Shown here: positions 17,714 to 26,276 of the stretch, in pieces | Numbering within the stretch: position 1 is the stretch's first letter | How the letters are laid out: every line of letters starts with the position of its first letter | Assembly: GCA_965219535.1 (NCBI GenBank) | Contig: CBDCNV010000002.1 | Location: forward strand, 30,001 to 62,000 | Length of the DNA stretch: 32,000 nt | Origin: Opitutales bacterium | GTDB taxonomy: Bacteria; Verrucomicrobiota; Verrucomicrobiia; Opitutales; PNEW01 | Direction: 5' to 3' | Translations under genes and position numbers: made by a program | Notes under the pieces: generated by a model | The model's database searches: none | Told to the model about the DNA's origin: nothing | What the model saw: only the letters and a program-made list of their open reading frames with translations

Positions 17714-18271
17714 CACTGCCGTTGTCACTACGGATATAGCTAGGAGCTCCCTCCTCTTCGATGGCCTCGCTAAGCACAGAGAGGACATCGGCTGAGGTGA
17801 GTTGACGAGCTACCCGGATATCGAGGCATTTACGCGTATATTCATCGATCAGAGTCATCATCTTTAATGGACCGCCATTGTCTGTGCGATCATGGACAAA
17901 GTCCCAGGACCAAACGTGATTGCGTCCTTTTGCTTTAGTGGGGAGCCCTGTTGAGACCCCTTGACGGGGTCTGCGCTTTTTCGTTCGCTTTACCTGTAAG
18001 CCCTCTGCACGTCGTACTGCCTGCACAAACTTCCTGCTTGTTGTCCAGCCCTCCTTTACCAGTAAGGCACGGACGCGCCGATAACCGTAGCGCGGATGTT
18101 CCCAGGACAAAGTTACAATCCGCTCGGCCAATCGTTGGGCTTTCTTGCTGGTCTGCTTGGGCCGATAGCTGAACGTTGACCAACTGAGGCTGAGATAGGA
18201 ACATGCCCTCTAAAACGAGCACAGCCCTCTCTCAGCCGCATCTTTTACTGCTCGCTTCTTCTGCTTTGGCC

Positions 18272-18538
18272 TCACCATTTTTTTGACAGTGTTTCCTCCA
18301 TCACCTGATTCTTCAGCATTTGATCAGCAAGCAGCTTCTTCAGTTCGGTGTTTTCTTTTTCCAGCTCTTTATAGCGCTTCGCATCGGCCAGCTCCAAGTT
18401 GCCATACTTTTTACCCCAGCGATAGAAGGTCTGTTCACTTAGGTTGTTTCCTCGGCAGATCTCTTGTACCGTTTTACCGGTATCGGCTTGCCGTAGTATT
18501 ATTATAATCTGTTCTGTTGTGTATCTTTTTCTTTTCAT
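18272..18538 (-). CDS. IS3-family transposase OrfA (HTH plus leucine zipper)
   Basis: MKRKRYTTEQIIIILRQADTGKTVQEICRGNNLSEQTFYRWGKKYGNLELADAKRYKELEKENTELKKLLADQ.. is the typical IS407-group OrfA pattern. Confidence 0.85.
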   Translation of the reverse strand: MKRKRYTTEQIIIILRQADTGKTVQEICRGNNLSEQTFYRWGKKYGNLELADAKRYKELEKENTELKKLLADQMLKNQVMEETLSKKW

Positions 18539-18600
18539 TGAGGTGATCTGTTTATTCCGATAACCTCTCTCTGTAAATGATACGGTTTTGGGGGGTCACA

Positions 18601-18944
18601 TCAACCGGGCAATCAAAGCAGTCGATGTGCCCGCTCTGTTGCAGCAGATGATTTCCAGCATGTGTCGCCCCTGTTTATTCGTTTCAGACAACAGACCGGA
18701 GTTCATAGGGGAAGCTATCTAGAAGGTGCTGCTTGAACACCAAATGATCACAATTTATATCGATCCTGGCTGCCCTTGGCTGAATGGATACGCTGAAAGC
18801 TTCAACCGCCCGTTTCGAGCGCAGGGTCTAGACCGCGAGCTGCTTTATACCTTGAGTGAATCTCACGTTGTGGTCGCAGACTGGCGGGAAGAATATCATA
18901 ACATTCGTCCTCATCGCTCCTTGGGCTTGCTAACTGCGGTTTAA
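18601..18944 (+). pseudogene. Fragment of a third IS3-family OrfB ('type 3'), into which the type 2 IS appears inserted
   Basis: ..VSDNRPEFIGEAI*..ITIYIDPGCPWLNGYAESFNRPFRAQGLDRELLYTLSESHVVVADWREEYHNIRPHRSLG. It starts directly at the IS end (18598) and carries no mini-insertions. Confidence 0.7.
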
Positions 18945-18949
18945 TTTGC

Positions 18950-19440
18950 CAAGAAAAATACAGCACAAAGGCTCCAAGCGTACAGTCTTGTTTTTCATAA
19001 AACTGATAGGCGAGGATATTAATATTCTGCGTTTCAATTTTGATCAAGCGACAACCTTTAGTGCGTAACCAGTCTACGGTATGCTTCCAACAGTCTAGTG
19101 CCTATACCTAGGCCGCGATGATCGGGATGAACCCGGATATCCCAAAGCGCTGCGGCATCATCAAAATCTTCGAACATATAAAATCCCGGCGTCTTTCATG
19201 CAACAGCGGCACCGCCGACTCTTTACGCACCTTTAAAAGCGGAGAATATCCCCAAATTAGACATATCCCACTGCTTATGCCAGCACGTGGGGTTTTCGCC
19301 TTCAATTTTATCATAGTCTTTAAGGTATGGTGGCAAAACCTCTTCCTCTTGAAGTAATATCCCGCTTTGACTTTTTTATTTATTTTGATGTGGTAACGAG
19401 ACTTAACGAAAAAAAGTAATCGGTACTTCGCCATAGTCAG
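18950..19440 (-). pseudogene. GNAT acetyltransferase (streptothricin-acetyltransferase-like), frameshifted, with a stop and 3'-truncated
   Basis: Spliced across frames it reads ..EEEVLPPYLKDYDKIEGENPTCWHKQWDMSNLGIFSAFKGAEESVGGAAVA*KTPGFYMFEDFDDAAALWDIRVHPDHRGLGIGTRLLEA / VDWLRTKGCRLIKIETQNINILAYQFYEKQDCTLGAF. Confidence 0.5.
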
Positions 19441-19621
19441 GCAAAGCAGATACTGGTTCTTCGACTATCACGATGTTCATGGGAGTAAATAGTGTCGAAA
19501 TTCAAAGGTCGAATGTCGAAGGAAACAAGGGTTCAATTTTAGGTGGAGCCGGTTGTATGCGGAAAGGAATGAAAATCTATTAATTAAAAATCGGCTTCGC
19601 TTTCGACTCCCCCAATCAGCA

Positions 19622-20872
19622 TCAGTCAACAATGGACTGATAAACGAGCACTCTAAACTCTTCTTGGGTAGTATATTCATCATTTTTTGCAAGCTGAGTC
19701 ATAAATATCCCAATCAACTCTTCTTTCGGATCGATGAAAAATAGCGTATACGCGTAACCGCCCCACCCAAATTTACCGACCGATCCCAGTTCTTCAGTCT
19801 TTGCCACATCTAAACCTACTAAAAATCCCAAACCAAAACCTATACCTGCCCGAATCTCCTCTGGAACGTGATTCATAGTCATTAACTCAACAGTCTTGCG
19901 ACCTAGAAGACGATTTCCTTCCAATTCACCACCATTGAGCAGCATCTGGCTGAAGCGCATATAATCCTCCGCGGTAGATACCAGACCACCACCACCGCTG
20001 AAGAGGCTTGGTGTTTTAAGATAGCCGCTTGTAGATACCGCGTCATTAACTTTTATTCCCCCATTCCCATCTGGTTCATAACTTGTCGGGAAACGATCCC
20101 AATCCTCCTCCGGAACATAAAATGCCGTGTCTTTCATCCCCAGCGGTTTGAAGATTCGATCTTCCAGAAACTGATCGAAAGAAATGGCGGAGATGACTTC
20201 GACAAAATAGCCCAGGACATCTACGGATACGCTGTAATGCCATTTTGCCCCCGGCTGGTGTATTAGCGGTAACTTAGTCAACTTTTCGACCATATCCTTT
20301 ATCGTACCCTCTCGATTAAAGAGACCCGCTTCCCGGTATATTTCATCGAAAGGGGGATCATCATTCCAACCATAACCTAGACCAGCAGTGTGAGACAGAA
20401 GATCACGTACTGTTATCTCTCTTTCCAAATCCGCGAGTCCAAGACCTTCCTCCGTTTTCTCAATGAAAACTTTTAAATCCTTGAATTCAGGAATATACTT
20501 GGACACTGGATCGTTCAGGAGGAATCGGCCCTCCTCGTAAAGCATCATCACTGCTACACTGGTGATCGGTTTGCTCATTGAATAAATCCGGAAGATAGTG
20601 TCGAGTTGCATCGGTTTTCTCGTCTCGATGTCCATCACACCGAAGCGTTCGAAGTGTGCCACCTTCCCTCGGCGAGCGACCATCGTTACCACCCCGGCCA
20701 GCTTCCCCTCGTCCACGTAGTCTTGCATCAAAGAATTGATGCGTTCTAATCGCGCCGATGATAGCCCGACCCCTTCAGGTTTCGTTACCAGAACCTTTTG
20801 ACTATAAACAGTGGGATGGATACCCAATAAAACTAGGAAGAAAACAAATAATTTTTGCGCGGTGCTTTTCAT
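19622..20872 (-). CDS. Secreted serine hydrolase of the beta-lactamase / penicillin-binding fold (class-C-like family)
   Basis: It has a signal peptide (MKSTAQKLFVFFLVLLGIHPTVYSQ), an S-x-x-K active-site motif (IYSMSKPITS), and a length and pattern (..LLSHTAGL..) typical of this family. Confidence 0.85.
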   Translation of the reverse strand: MKSTAQKLFVFFLVLLGIHPTVYSQKVLVTKPEGVGLSSARLERINSLMQDYVDEGKLAGVVTMVARRGKVAHFERFGVMDIETRKPMQLDTIFRIYSMSKPITSVAVMMLYEEGRFLLNDPVSKYIPEFKDLKVFIEKTEEGLGLADLEREITVRDLLSHTAGLGYGWNDDPPFDEIYREAGLFNREGTIKDMVEKLTKLPLIHQPGAKWHYSVSVDVLGYFVEVISAISFDQFLEDRIFKPLGMKDTAFYVPEEDWDRFPTSYEPDGNGGIKVNDAVSTSGYLKTPSLFSGGGGLVSTAEDYMRFSQMLLNGGELEGNRLLGRKTVELMTMNHVPEEIRAGIGFGLGFLVGLDVAKTEELGSVGKFGWGGYAYTLFFIDPKEELIGIFMTQLAKNDEYTTQEEFRVLVYQSIVD

Positions 20873-21024
20873 AGAATATAAAAGATTCGAGAGACGATGA
20901 GCGAAAATGCGTGAATGCGGAAATGAGTAAATGGGTAAGATAAATGAATGTGGAAAGGAATGAAAGTTTACTAATTATAAATCGTCTTTGCTTTCGACCT
21001 TGGATCTTCGACTTTCGGCTCCCT

Positions 21025-21711
21025 TCAAACCAAATCCAAAACTTCTTTTAATGCGGAGATGATTGTGCCATTCCAATTTTCATTATTTATTTTATAGGTA
21101 TCCTCAAGTTCTTCATCGGGTAAACTAATATGAACGGCTTTCATCCCCACTTGAGTGGCGCCAGTGAGTTCCTGATTACTACCGTCGCCGATGAAAAGGC
21201 ACTCCTCTGGAGAAACTTCCAACTTTTCACATGCCAATCGATAAATCTGGGGGTCCGGTTTCATGTAACCTGCCGAAGAAGAGAATACCGGTACATCGAT
21301 GAGTGAAACAAAGGGTGTTTTCTCCCATAAATCGGGTGCCTCGGAGGTGCAGTTAGTTATCATCCCAATCTTGTAGCCCATGGTTTTCAATTGCCTTATC
21401 GTCTCAAGCGCGTCATTGCGTGGAGCCATCGATTGCAGTTCATAATCAGCTCTGATCTGAACTGCCGATTTGATCTCCCTTTCGCGGGGCTTAACGCCAA
21501 GAGTATTACAGGCATAACGAATGAAGGCTTCGGTGTCTGGATATATCCCGGTTGCCCGTTCACGAAAAGTGCTGACTGTCAGATGAACGAAAGCTTCCGA
21601 GGGAAAAGAGAGTAGTGAGGCCATTCTCTTCAACACTCGCTCATGCTCAACGAGAGAAAAATTACCTACCAGCGTCCCGAACAAATCAAAGATGATCGCT
21701 TCGTATTTCAT
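21025..21711 (-). CDS. HAD-superfamily hydrolase (subfamily IA-like), intact
   Basis: Motif I is AIIFDLFGTLV, motif II is GMITNCTS, motif III is the K in GYMKPDPQIY, and motif IV is FIGDGSNQELTGA. Confidence 0.85.
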   Translation of the reverse strand: MKYEAIIFDLFGTLVGNFSLVEHERVLKRMASLLSFPSEAFVHLTVSTFRERATGIYPDTEAFIRYACNTLGVKPREREIKSAVQIRADYELQSMAPRNDALETIRQLKTMGYKIGMITNCTSEAPDLWEKTPFVSLIDVPVFSSSAGYMKPDPQIYRLACEKLEVSPEECLFIGDGSNQELTGATQVGMKAVHISLPDEELEDTYKINNENWNGTIISALKEVLDLV

Positions 21712-21936
21712 GGAAAAGAAAAGAGTCGAATGTCAAAGGAAACAAGTGTTTAGTGTCAAGTGGAGCGGGCTGTATGCGGAAATGTGTGAATGTGAAGATA
21801 AGGTTATGCGTATAAGTGATAATGTGTGTATGCGATAATGCGGGAATAAATAATTGGAGGGAAGACGAAAACGCCGTGCCCCTTATCTATTTCACTCTTG
21901 GCAAAGGCGTAAGCTACGGGGAGAGCGGCCAAACAA

Positions 21937-21989
21937 ATCTGTTTATCCCGATAACCTCTCTCTGTAAATGATTCGATATTTTAGGATCA
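21937..21989 (-). mobile_element. 53-nt solo terminal fragment of an IS3-family element, about 170 bp from the distal end of the CRISPR array
   Basis: atctgtttatcccgataacctctctctgtaaatgattcgatattttaggatca aligns with 18547..18598 and with 626..674. The following ctccactc is also shared with 675..682. Confidence 0.7.
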
Positions 21990-22158
21990 CTCCACTCTAC
22001 ATATATTGATCCTTCCTTACTATCTGGTTCTATTTTTAGGACTTCCTTGTAGAAAGCTCTAGGACGATCAATGTCATTTGTAGTAATACAACAATGGGTA
22101 AAATTGATTGGTTTTTGTGTTCAAGAATCTGTTAAATTTATATTTTCTATACGATTGA

Positions 22159-24078
22159 GAAACACCCCCACGCATGTGGGGAATACTATCTCTCACCGCC
22201 GACATGTTCTTGGCGTCCAGAAACACCCCCACGCATGTGGGGAATACCATCTGATGCACACGTCGTCACCAAAGGAGATAGAAACACCCCCACGCATGTG
22301 GGGAATACAGCGATTCGTTAAAATCTATGAGGACCGCGATAGAAACACCCCCACGCATGTGGGGAATACTTCAACCCAAGCAAGGCGCTCCCCCTTTAGT
22401 CGGAAACACCCCCACGCATGTGGGGAATACCTCGCAAGTGTTTCAATAGCCCCGTCCTCTCTAGAAACACCCCCACGCATGTGGGGAATACGTCTTTCGG
22501 GTAAGCCGTACCATTGCTCAATGAGAAACACCCCCACGCATGTGGGGAATACTTATTTATGCTTTAAAACCCCGAGCCAAAGCAAGAAACACCCCCACGC
22601 ATGTGGGGAATACGCCATGGGGATAGCTACACGGCTCTATATGGTGGAAACACCCCCACGCATGTGGGGAATACGAGGTTACTTCACCTCTTTCGCCACC
22701 ACCCTGAGAAACACCCCCACGCATGTGGGGAATACTTGTTTCTTCCTTGGGATCTTTGGGGCGCATCGGAAACACCCCCACGCATGTGGGGAATACGATG
22801 TGAGTCAGGGCCTCCCGCCTCCAGTTATAGAAACACCCCCACGCATGTGGGGAATACTCGGTAACTGCACGTCCTCACACCGGTGAGAGGGAAACACCCC
22901 CACGCATGTGGGGAATACAACATCTATCCCACGAGACCGCGAGCAACTACAGAAACACCCCCACGCATGTGGGGAATACCAGCGCATTGAGATTGGCGCG
23001 CATGGTCGCTCGGAAACACCCCCACGCATGTGGGGAATACCTCAATATGCCTTCCATTGCTGCCTGTGCGTTGGAAACACCCCCACGCATGTGGGGAATA
23101 CTCTTAAAGAAAGATGTTATTGACAGAGCTTCAAGAAACACCCCCACGCATGTGGGGAATACGTCACCCCTCCACCGCTTGGAAAAATAACCCTGGAAAC
23201 ACCCCCACGCATGTGGGGAATACACTGACAGATCTCTTATTTTAGTGGGCTGGATAGAAACACCCCCACGCATGTGGGGAATACTCCGCCATTTCCCTCA
23301 ACATTTAATTCTGCCGAGAAACACCCCCACGCATGTGGGGAATACCGGTCCACCCCCTAAGATCCATCTCGAATACCGGAAACACCCCCACGCATGTGGG
23401 GAATACCCATTTGCTGAGGTTATAGTTTACAAAGATATGAGAAACACCCCCACGCATGTGGGGAATACTCTTCAAATCTATGTAAAGTAGGAGTTCGAAA
23501 AGAAACACCCCCACGCATGTGGGGAATACTCTGTTCAGTAGCTCCATAGTCACTGGCAATTAGAAACACCCCCACGCATGTGGGGAATACCGGTTACTGT
23601 CGCCAATATATTAATAGTAAATGGAAACACCCCCACGCATGTGGGGAATACTCTTAATAGCCCGCTTAGCGACAGAATCAGATAGAAACACCCCCACGCA
23701 TGTGGGGAATACGAAAACGCCGCTCAAAGCACACAATCGAGGCAAGAAACACCCCCACGCATGTGGGGAATACTATTAATTGCGCGTCTTGCAAGTGAAA
23801 ATGATAGAAACACCCCCACGCATGTGGGGAATACCTAGCGACAGAAGCGGACTTGTCTAGTGTTTTAGAAACACCCCCACGCATGTGGGGAATACTCGAC
23901 CGTAGTTCCAACAGGGGAAACAGAGGCAGAAACACCCCCACGCATGTGGGGAATACTTCGAGTTCGGCTTCCTGCAGGTTACTTCTTTGGAAACACCCCC
24001 ACGCATGTGGGGAATACCGAGATTTCTCCTCTGATATACACCTGCACCGGGAAACACCCCCACGCATGTGGGGAATAC
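22159..24078 (-). CRISPR. Type I-E CRISPR array: 32 identical 28-nt repeats and 31 spacers (30 of 33 nt, one of 34 nt)
   Basis: The repeat in transcribed (minus) sense is GTATTCCCCACATGCGTGGGGGTGTTTC. It has a CCCCAC/GTGGGG stem and an ATGC loop. The period is 61 nt, with repeat starts at 22159, 22220, ... 24051 and one 62-nt step at 23379->23441. The orientation is set by the cas operon and leader on the 24.1-kb side. Confidence 0.97.
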
Positions 24079-24387
24079 ACCAACATATAGTTAAAAATAT
24101 TTCTAATCCACAAGATATTGTGTTATAGTGATACAGAGGCCGGCACCGCTCTCTAATTATAGGTTTTTTGAGTTAATGTCAAAAGCGGTGTTCAACCATC
24201 AGAATTAAGCGGCGCCCTAATCGTCTATTGTTACCTCAAAACCATCTTTGAATTTGACCCCGGTAAACACTTTACTCAGGCAATTAAATCCATATTAACA
24301 GCCCGCTGTATCGCCTCTCAGGCATCCGTTCGCAGTTAATTAATCAGATACGTCAATTTTTTTCAAATGCCTAACCAACAGATTTGG
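24079..24387 (-). promoter_or_regulatory. CRISPR leader (between the cas2 stop and the first repeat)
   Basis: It is an AT-rich, ORF-free 309-nt segment directly upstream (minus sense) of the first repeat, in the same position as the E. coli I-E leader. The promoter and IHF sites were not mapped. Confidence 0.7.
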
Positions 24388-24669
24388 TTATAACCTTTTT
24401 TCTATTACTAGCTGTAAGCCGGACAATTCAGTCAATGCCCTGCCAGTATCACCAATACCGTGTACTACGTATCCAGGTGCAATTGATGTAGAACGAAACA
24501 CCATCAAGCCGCTTTCACGCGGGCAATGTTTGTAAAGATAGTCCACAACTTTTTTCGCTACAGAATCTTTTACACTCGAAACAAAAACATTGGGGCGAGG
24601 CTCTACAAACCAGAGTTTCATGCGACCACGCACGACCGGCGGTAAATCATTTGCGATAACCACGAGCAT
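24388..24669 (-). CDS. cas2: Cas2 (type I-E)
   Basis: MLVVIANDLPPVVRGRMKLWFVEPRPNVFVSSV.. parallels E. coli YgbF [33 protein letters not shown]... Confidence 0.92.
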   Translation of the reverse strand: MLVVIANDLPPVVRGRMKLWFVEPRPNVFVSSVKDSVAKKVVDYLYKHCPRESGLMVFRSTSIAPGYVVHGIGDTGRALTELSGLQLVIEKRL

Positions 24670-25555
24670 GTTTTTTCCCTAGTAATGCTTCAATATCCAC
24701 AACAATTTTTCCCAAAAGATCTGATTTAATGACACGCTGACGAAACGCAGAGGCCACTATATGCTTGTTGTATTGGCCCGCCATCTCGAGGGTTAGAGAA
24801 AATGCCAGATCAATGCATAACTCCTCTTTGTATAAATCGGCCAAGTCGTATACAAATGGTAACGGGCTGCCAGAATGAATAAAACCAATATGTGGAGAGT
24901 ATCCCAGGCTATGGATAACAGAAGCGACAATGCCGTAGAGTGCAGCATTTGAGGCGGTCAGAATCCGATTGGTCATGTCGCTTAACTCAAATTTGCCAGG
25001 AATATAATTTCTGCCTTTCCATCCAACTTGGTACTGCTGTGCTTTGACCTCATAAAGTAAGCGAACCCGAGAACCCTCCATACCCATCATTTCTTTCAGG
25101 CTTTTACCGGTAAGTTTAGCCACCGAGAACCTGTGAGCGAACATACGCCTTGCGACCTCGACCGATTTTTCAGGATTTGCAGATAGTTCGACCTGATGAC
25201 GCAGGTTGTGGGTATCAGCTGTAGGAGTCTGTCCCACTGCGTAAAATACCAGGGAATCTTCCCCAACCCAGATAATACTGCAGTTCGCAGCCGCTGCAAT
25301 TTTGACCGCTTCGTGGGTTATGGTTGTGCCTGGGCCTAATAACAAGCAGTTAATTGTGGCTATGGGCAATCTGACTATGTTCATTTCGCAGTCGATCCAT
25401 TTCAGACTGCTATCGTCTATCTCGAGTCGGCCTCGCTCGAGATAAATGAAAGGATATTTATCCTTTACCCGTGGCAGGGTATCACGCGTTATTCTTACCA
25501 GCAGCCGATTATCGGTTGCTTTGCTATTTCGGTATGTGGTCTGATCCCCTGCCAT
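24647..25555 (-). CDS. cas1: Cas1 (type I-E)
   Basis: ..LLLGPGTTITHEAVKIAAAANCSIIWVGE..GMEGSRVR..YSPHIGFIHSGSPLPFVYDLADLYK.. parallels E. coli YgbT (..MLEPGTRVSHAAV..GIEGSRVR..GFVHTGKPLSFVYDIADIIK). The start is taken at ATG 25555; the ORF track gives TTG 25567. Confidence 0.93.
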   Translation of the reverse strand: MAGDQTTYRNSKATDNRLLVRITRDTLPRVKDKYPFIYLERGRLEIDDSSLKWIDCEMNIVRLPIATINCLLLGPGTTITHEAVKIAAAANCSIIWVGEDSLVFYAVGQTPTADTHNLRHQVELSANPEKSVEVARRMFAHRFSVAKLTGKSLKEMMGMEGSRVRLLYEVKAQQYQVGWKGRNYIPGKFELSDMTNRILTASNAALYGIVASVIHSLGYSPHIGFIHSGSPLPFVYDLADLYKEELCIDLAFSLTLEMAGQYNKHIVASAFRQRVIKSDLLGKIVVDIEALLGKKHARGYRK

Positions 25556-26276
25556 CCACAGTAACAATCGTTACCCTGCGATCACGATATAGTTTATTAG
25601 TTCCGAATTGAATCGGTACGTCGTTCAAGGTAATAACCTCATCACCTTCATGCTCCCCGTTGAGGACGCGAAAGTCCTCCATCAATTTTTTCCCAATGGC
25701 AATTTGTTCTGCCTGTTTTAAAATCTCTTCTTCGGATTCATCTTGTCCCCGATAAATAAAGTCGGTCGGTACACAATTCTTGCGCCCAAGGTAGAGATCC
25801 CATGTCGGATATTTCAGCGCATTACTCACAGTTTGAATTATATCATCAGGCACCTGTAAAGCGACTGCGAACGCCATGTCCTGCAAGTAGAAACGATAGG
25901 TCATTTTTGTTCCTCCCCCTACTGCTTTTCCTCCTCCCATGGTTTTCGGGATCATAAGTTTTTCCCAATCATCTTGGGTATTATAACCACTTCCTACCAT
26001 GTGAAAGTCCTGCAATATAGGTTCTCTGGGTTGTTTTTGTGGCTCTTTTTCATTAAATTGTTTAGTGCGAACATAAGCCACCACGGTCATATTCAATTTA
26101 GCAAACTTTTCCAACAATTCTCGTTGTTCCCCCCCTGCACCCATAGCACTGCATACCAACCCCAAAATTCCTGATTTGGTAGGGAAATTAAGGGTATCTC
26201 TTCGATCAAATTTAGAGTCATGCCCCCAGGATTGCAGAGGAGCTTCTAACCATAATAATATATACGGGGTTTTCAT
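25524..26276 (-). CDS. cas5: Cas5e (CasD)
   Basis: MKTPYILLWLEAPLQSWGHDSKFDRRDTLNFPTKSGILGLVCSAMG parallels E. coli CasD MRSYLILRLAGPMQAWGQPTFEGTRPTGRFPTRSGLLGLLGACLG. An ATGA overlap couples it to the cas7 stop. Confidence 0.92.
   Translation of the reverse strand: MKTPYILLWLEAPLQSWGHDSKFDRRDTLNFPTKSGILGLVCSAMGAGGEQRELLEKFAKLNMTVVAYVRTKQFNEKEPQKQPREPILQDFHMVGSGYNTQDDWEKLMIPKTMGGGKAVGGGTKMTYRFYLQDMAFAVALQVPDDIIQTVSNALKYPTWDLYLGRKNCVPTDFIYRGQDESEEEILKQAEQIAIGKKLMEDFRVLNGEHEGDEVITLNDVPIQFGTNKLYRDRRVTIVTVDGRGSDHIPK

Larger units (their letters stand above)
17280..18131 (-). pseudogene. IS3-family transposase OrfB (DDE/rve), disrupted
   Basis: HPRYGYRRVRALL..GVSTGLPTK..WSWDFVHDRT..LIDEYTRKCLDIRV..SYIRSDNGS[insert]..IYIDPASPW[insert]NGFIESFYNRLRDECLNRE..EHPHSRLGFKSP. 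Confidence 0.85.
17251..18598 (-). mobile_element. 'Type 2' IS3-family (IS407-group-like) element, full length (1348 bp) but inactivated
   Basis: The ends are tgatcggatcccgttattcgtacc.. (17251) and ..ccgtatcatttacagagagaggttatcgg (reverse complement of 18558..18598). orfA is at 18272..18538, and an A7 slippery run at 18278..18284 fits a -1 frameshift. orfB carries one TAG (..GLCSF*RACS..) and two mini-insertions. Confidence 0.85.

Noticed and set aside
23102-23134. The spacer tcttaaagaaagatgttattgacagagcttcaa has partial resemblance to 9215..9245 in the integrative element (ttaaagaaaagacagaggagctt), which could indicate self-targeting.
   Set aside because: Only two short blocks match, with a gap and a mismatching centre, so it is not a protospacer. 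I saw no convincing in-window match for any spacer by eye, but this was not an exhaustive search. A BLASTN of all 31 spacers against the genome would settle it.
23652-23867. Two spacers (23652..23684 and 23835..23867) share an 11-nt string, tagcgacagaa. This could mean overlapping protospacers or primed acquisition.
   Set aside because: The sequences diverge completely on both sides of the 11-mer. With about 1 kb of spacer sequence, one such match is not very improbable by chance.
22071-24128. Many long ORFs on both strands across 22.07-24.13 kb (for example 22071..22886 at 271 aa and 23678..24067 at 129 aa) with recurring NTPTHVGNT, ETPPRMWGI and KHPHACGEY peptides.
   Set aside because: They are translations of the CRISPR repeat in different frames. 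The 61-nt period rotates the frame and spacers happen to lack stops, so these are not genes.
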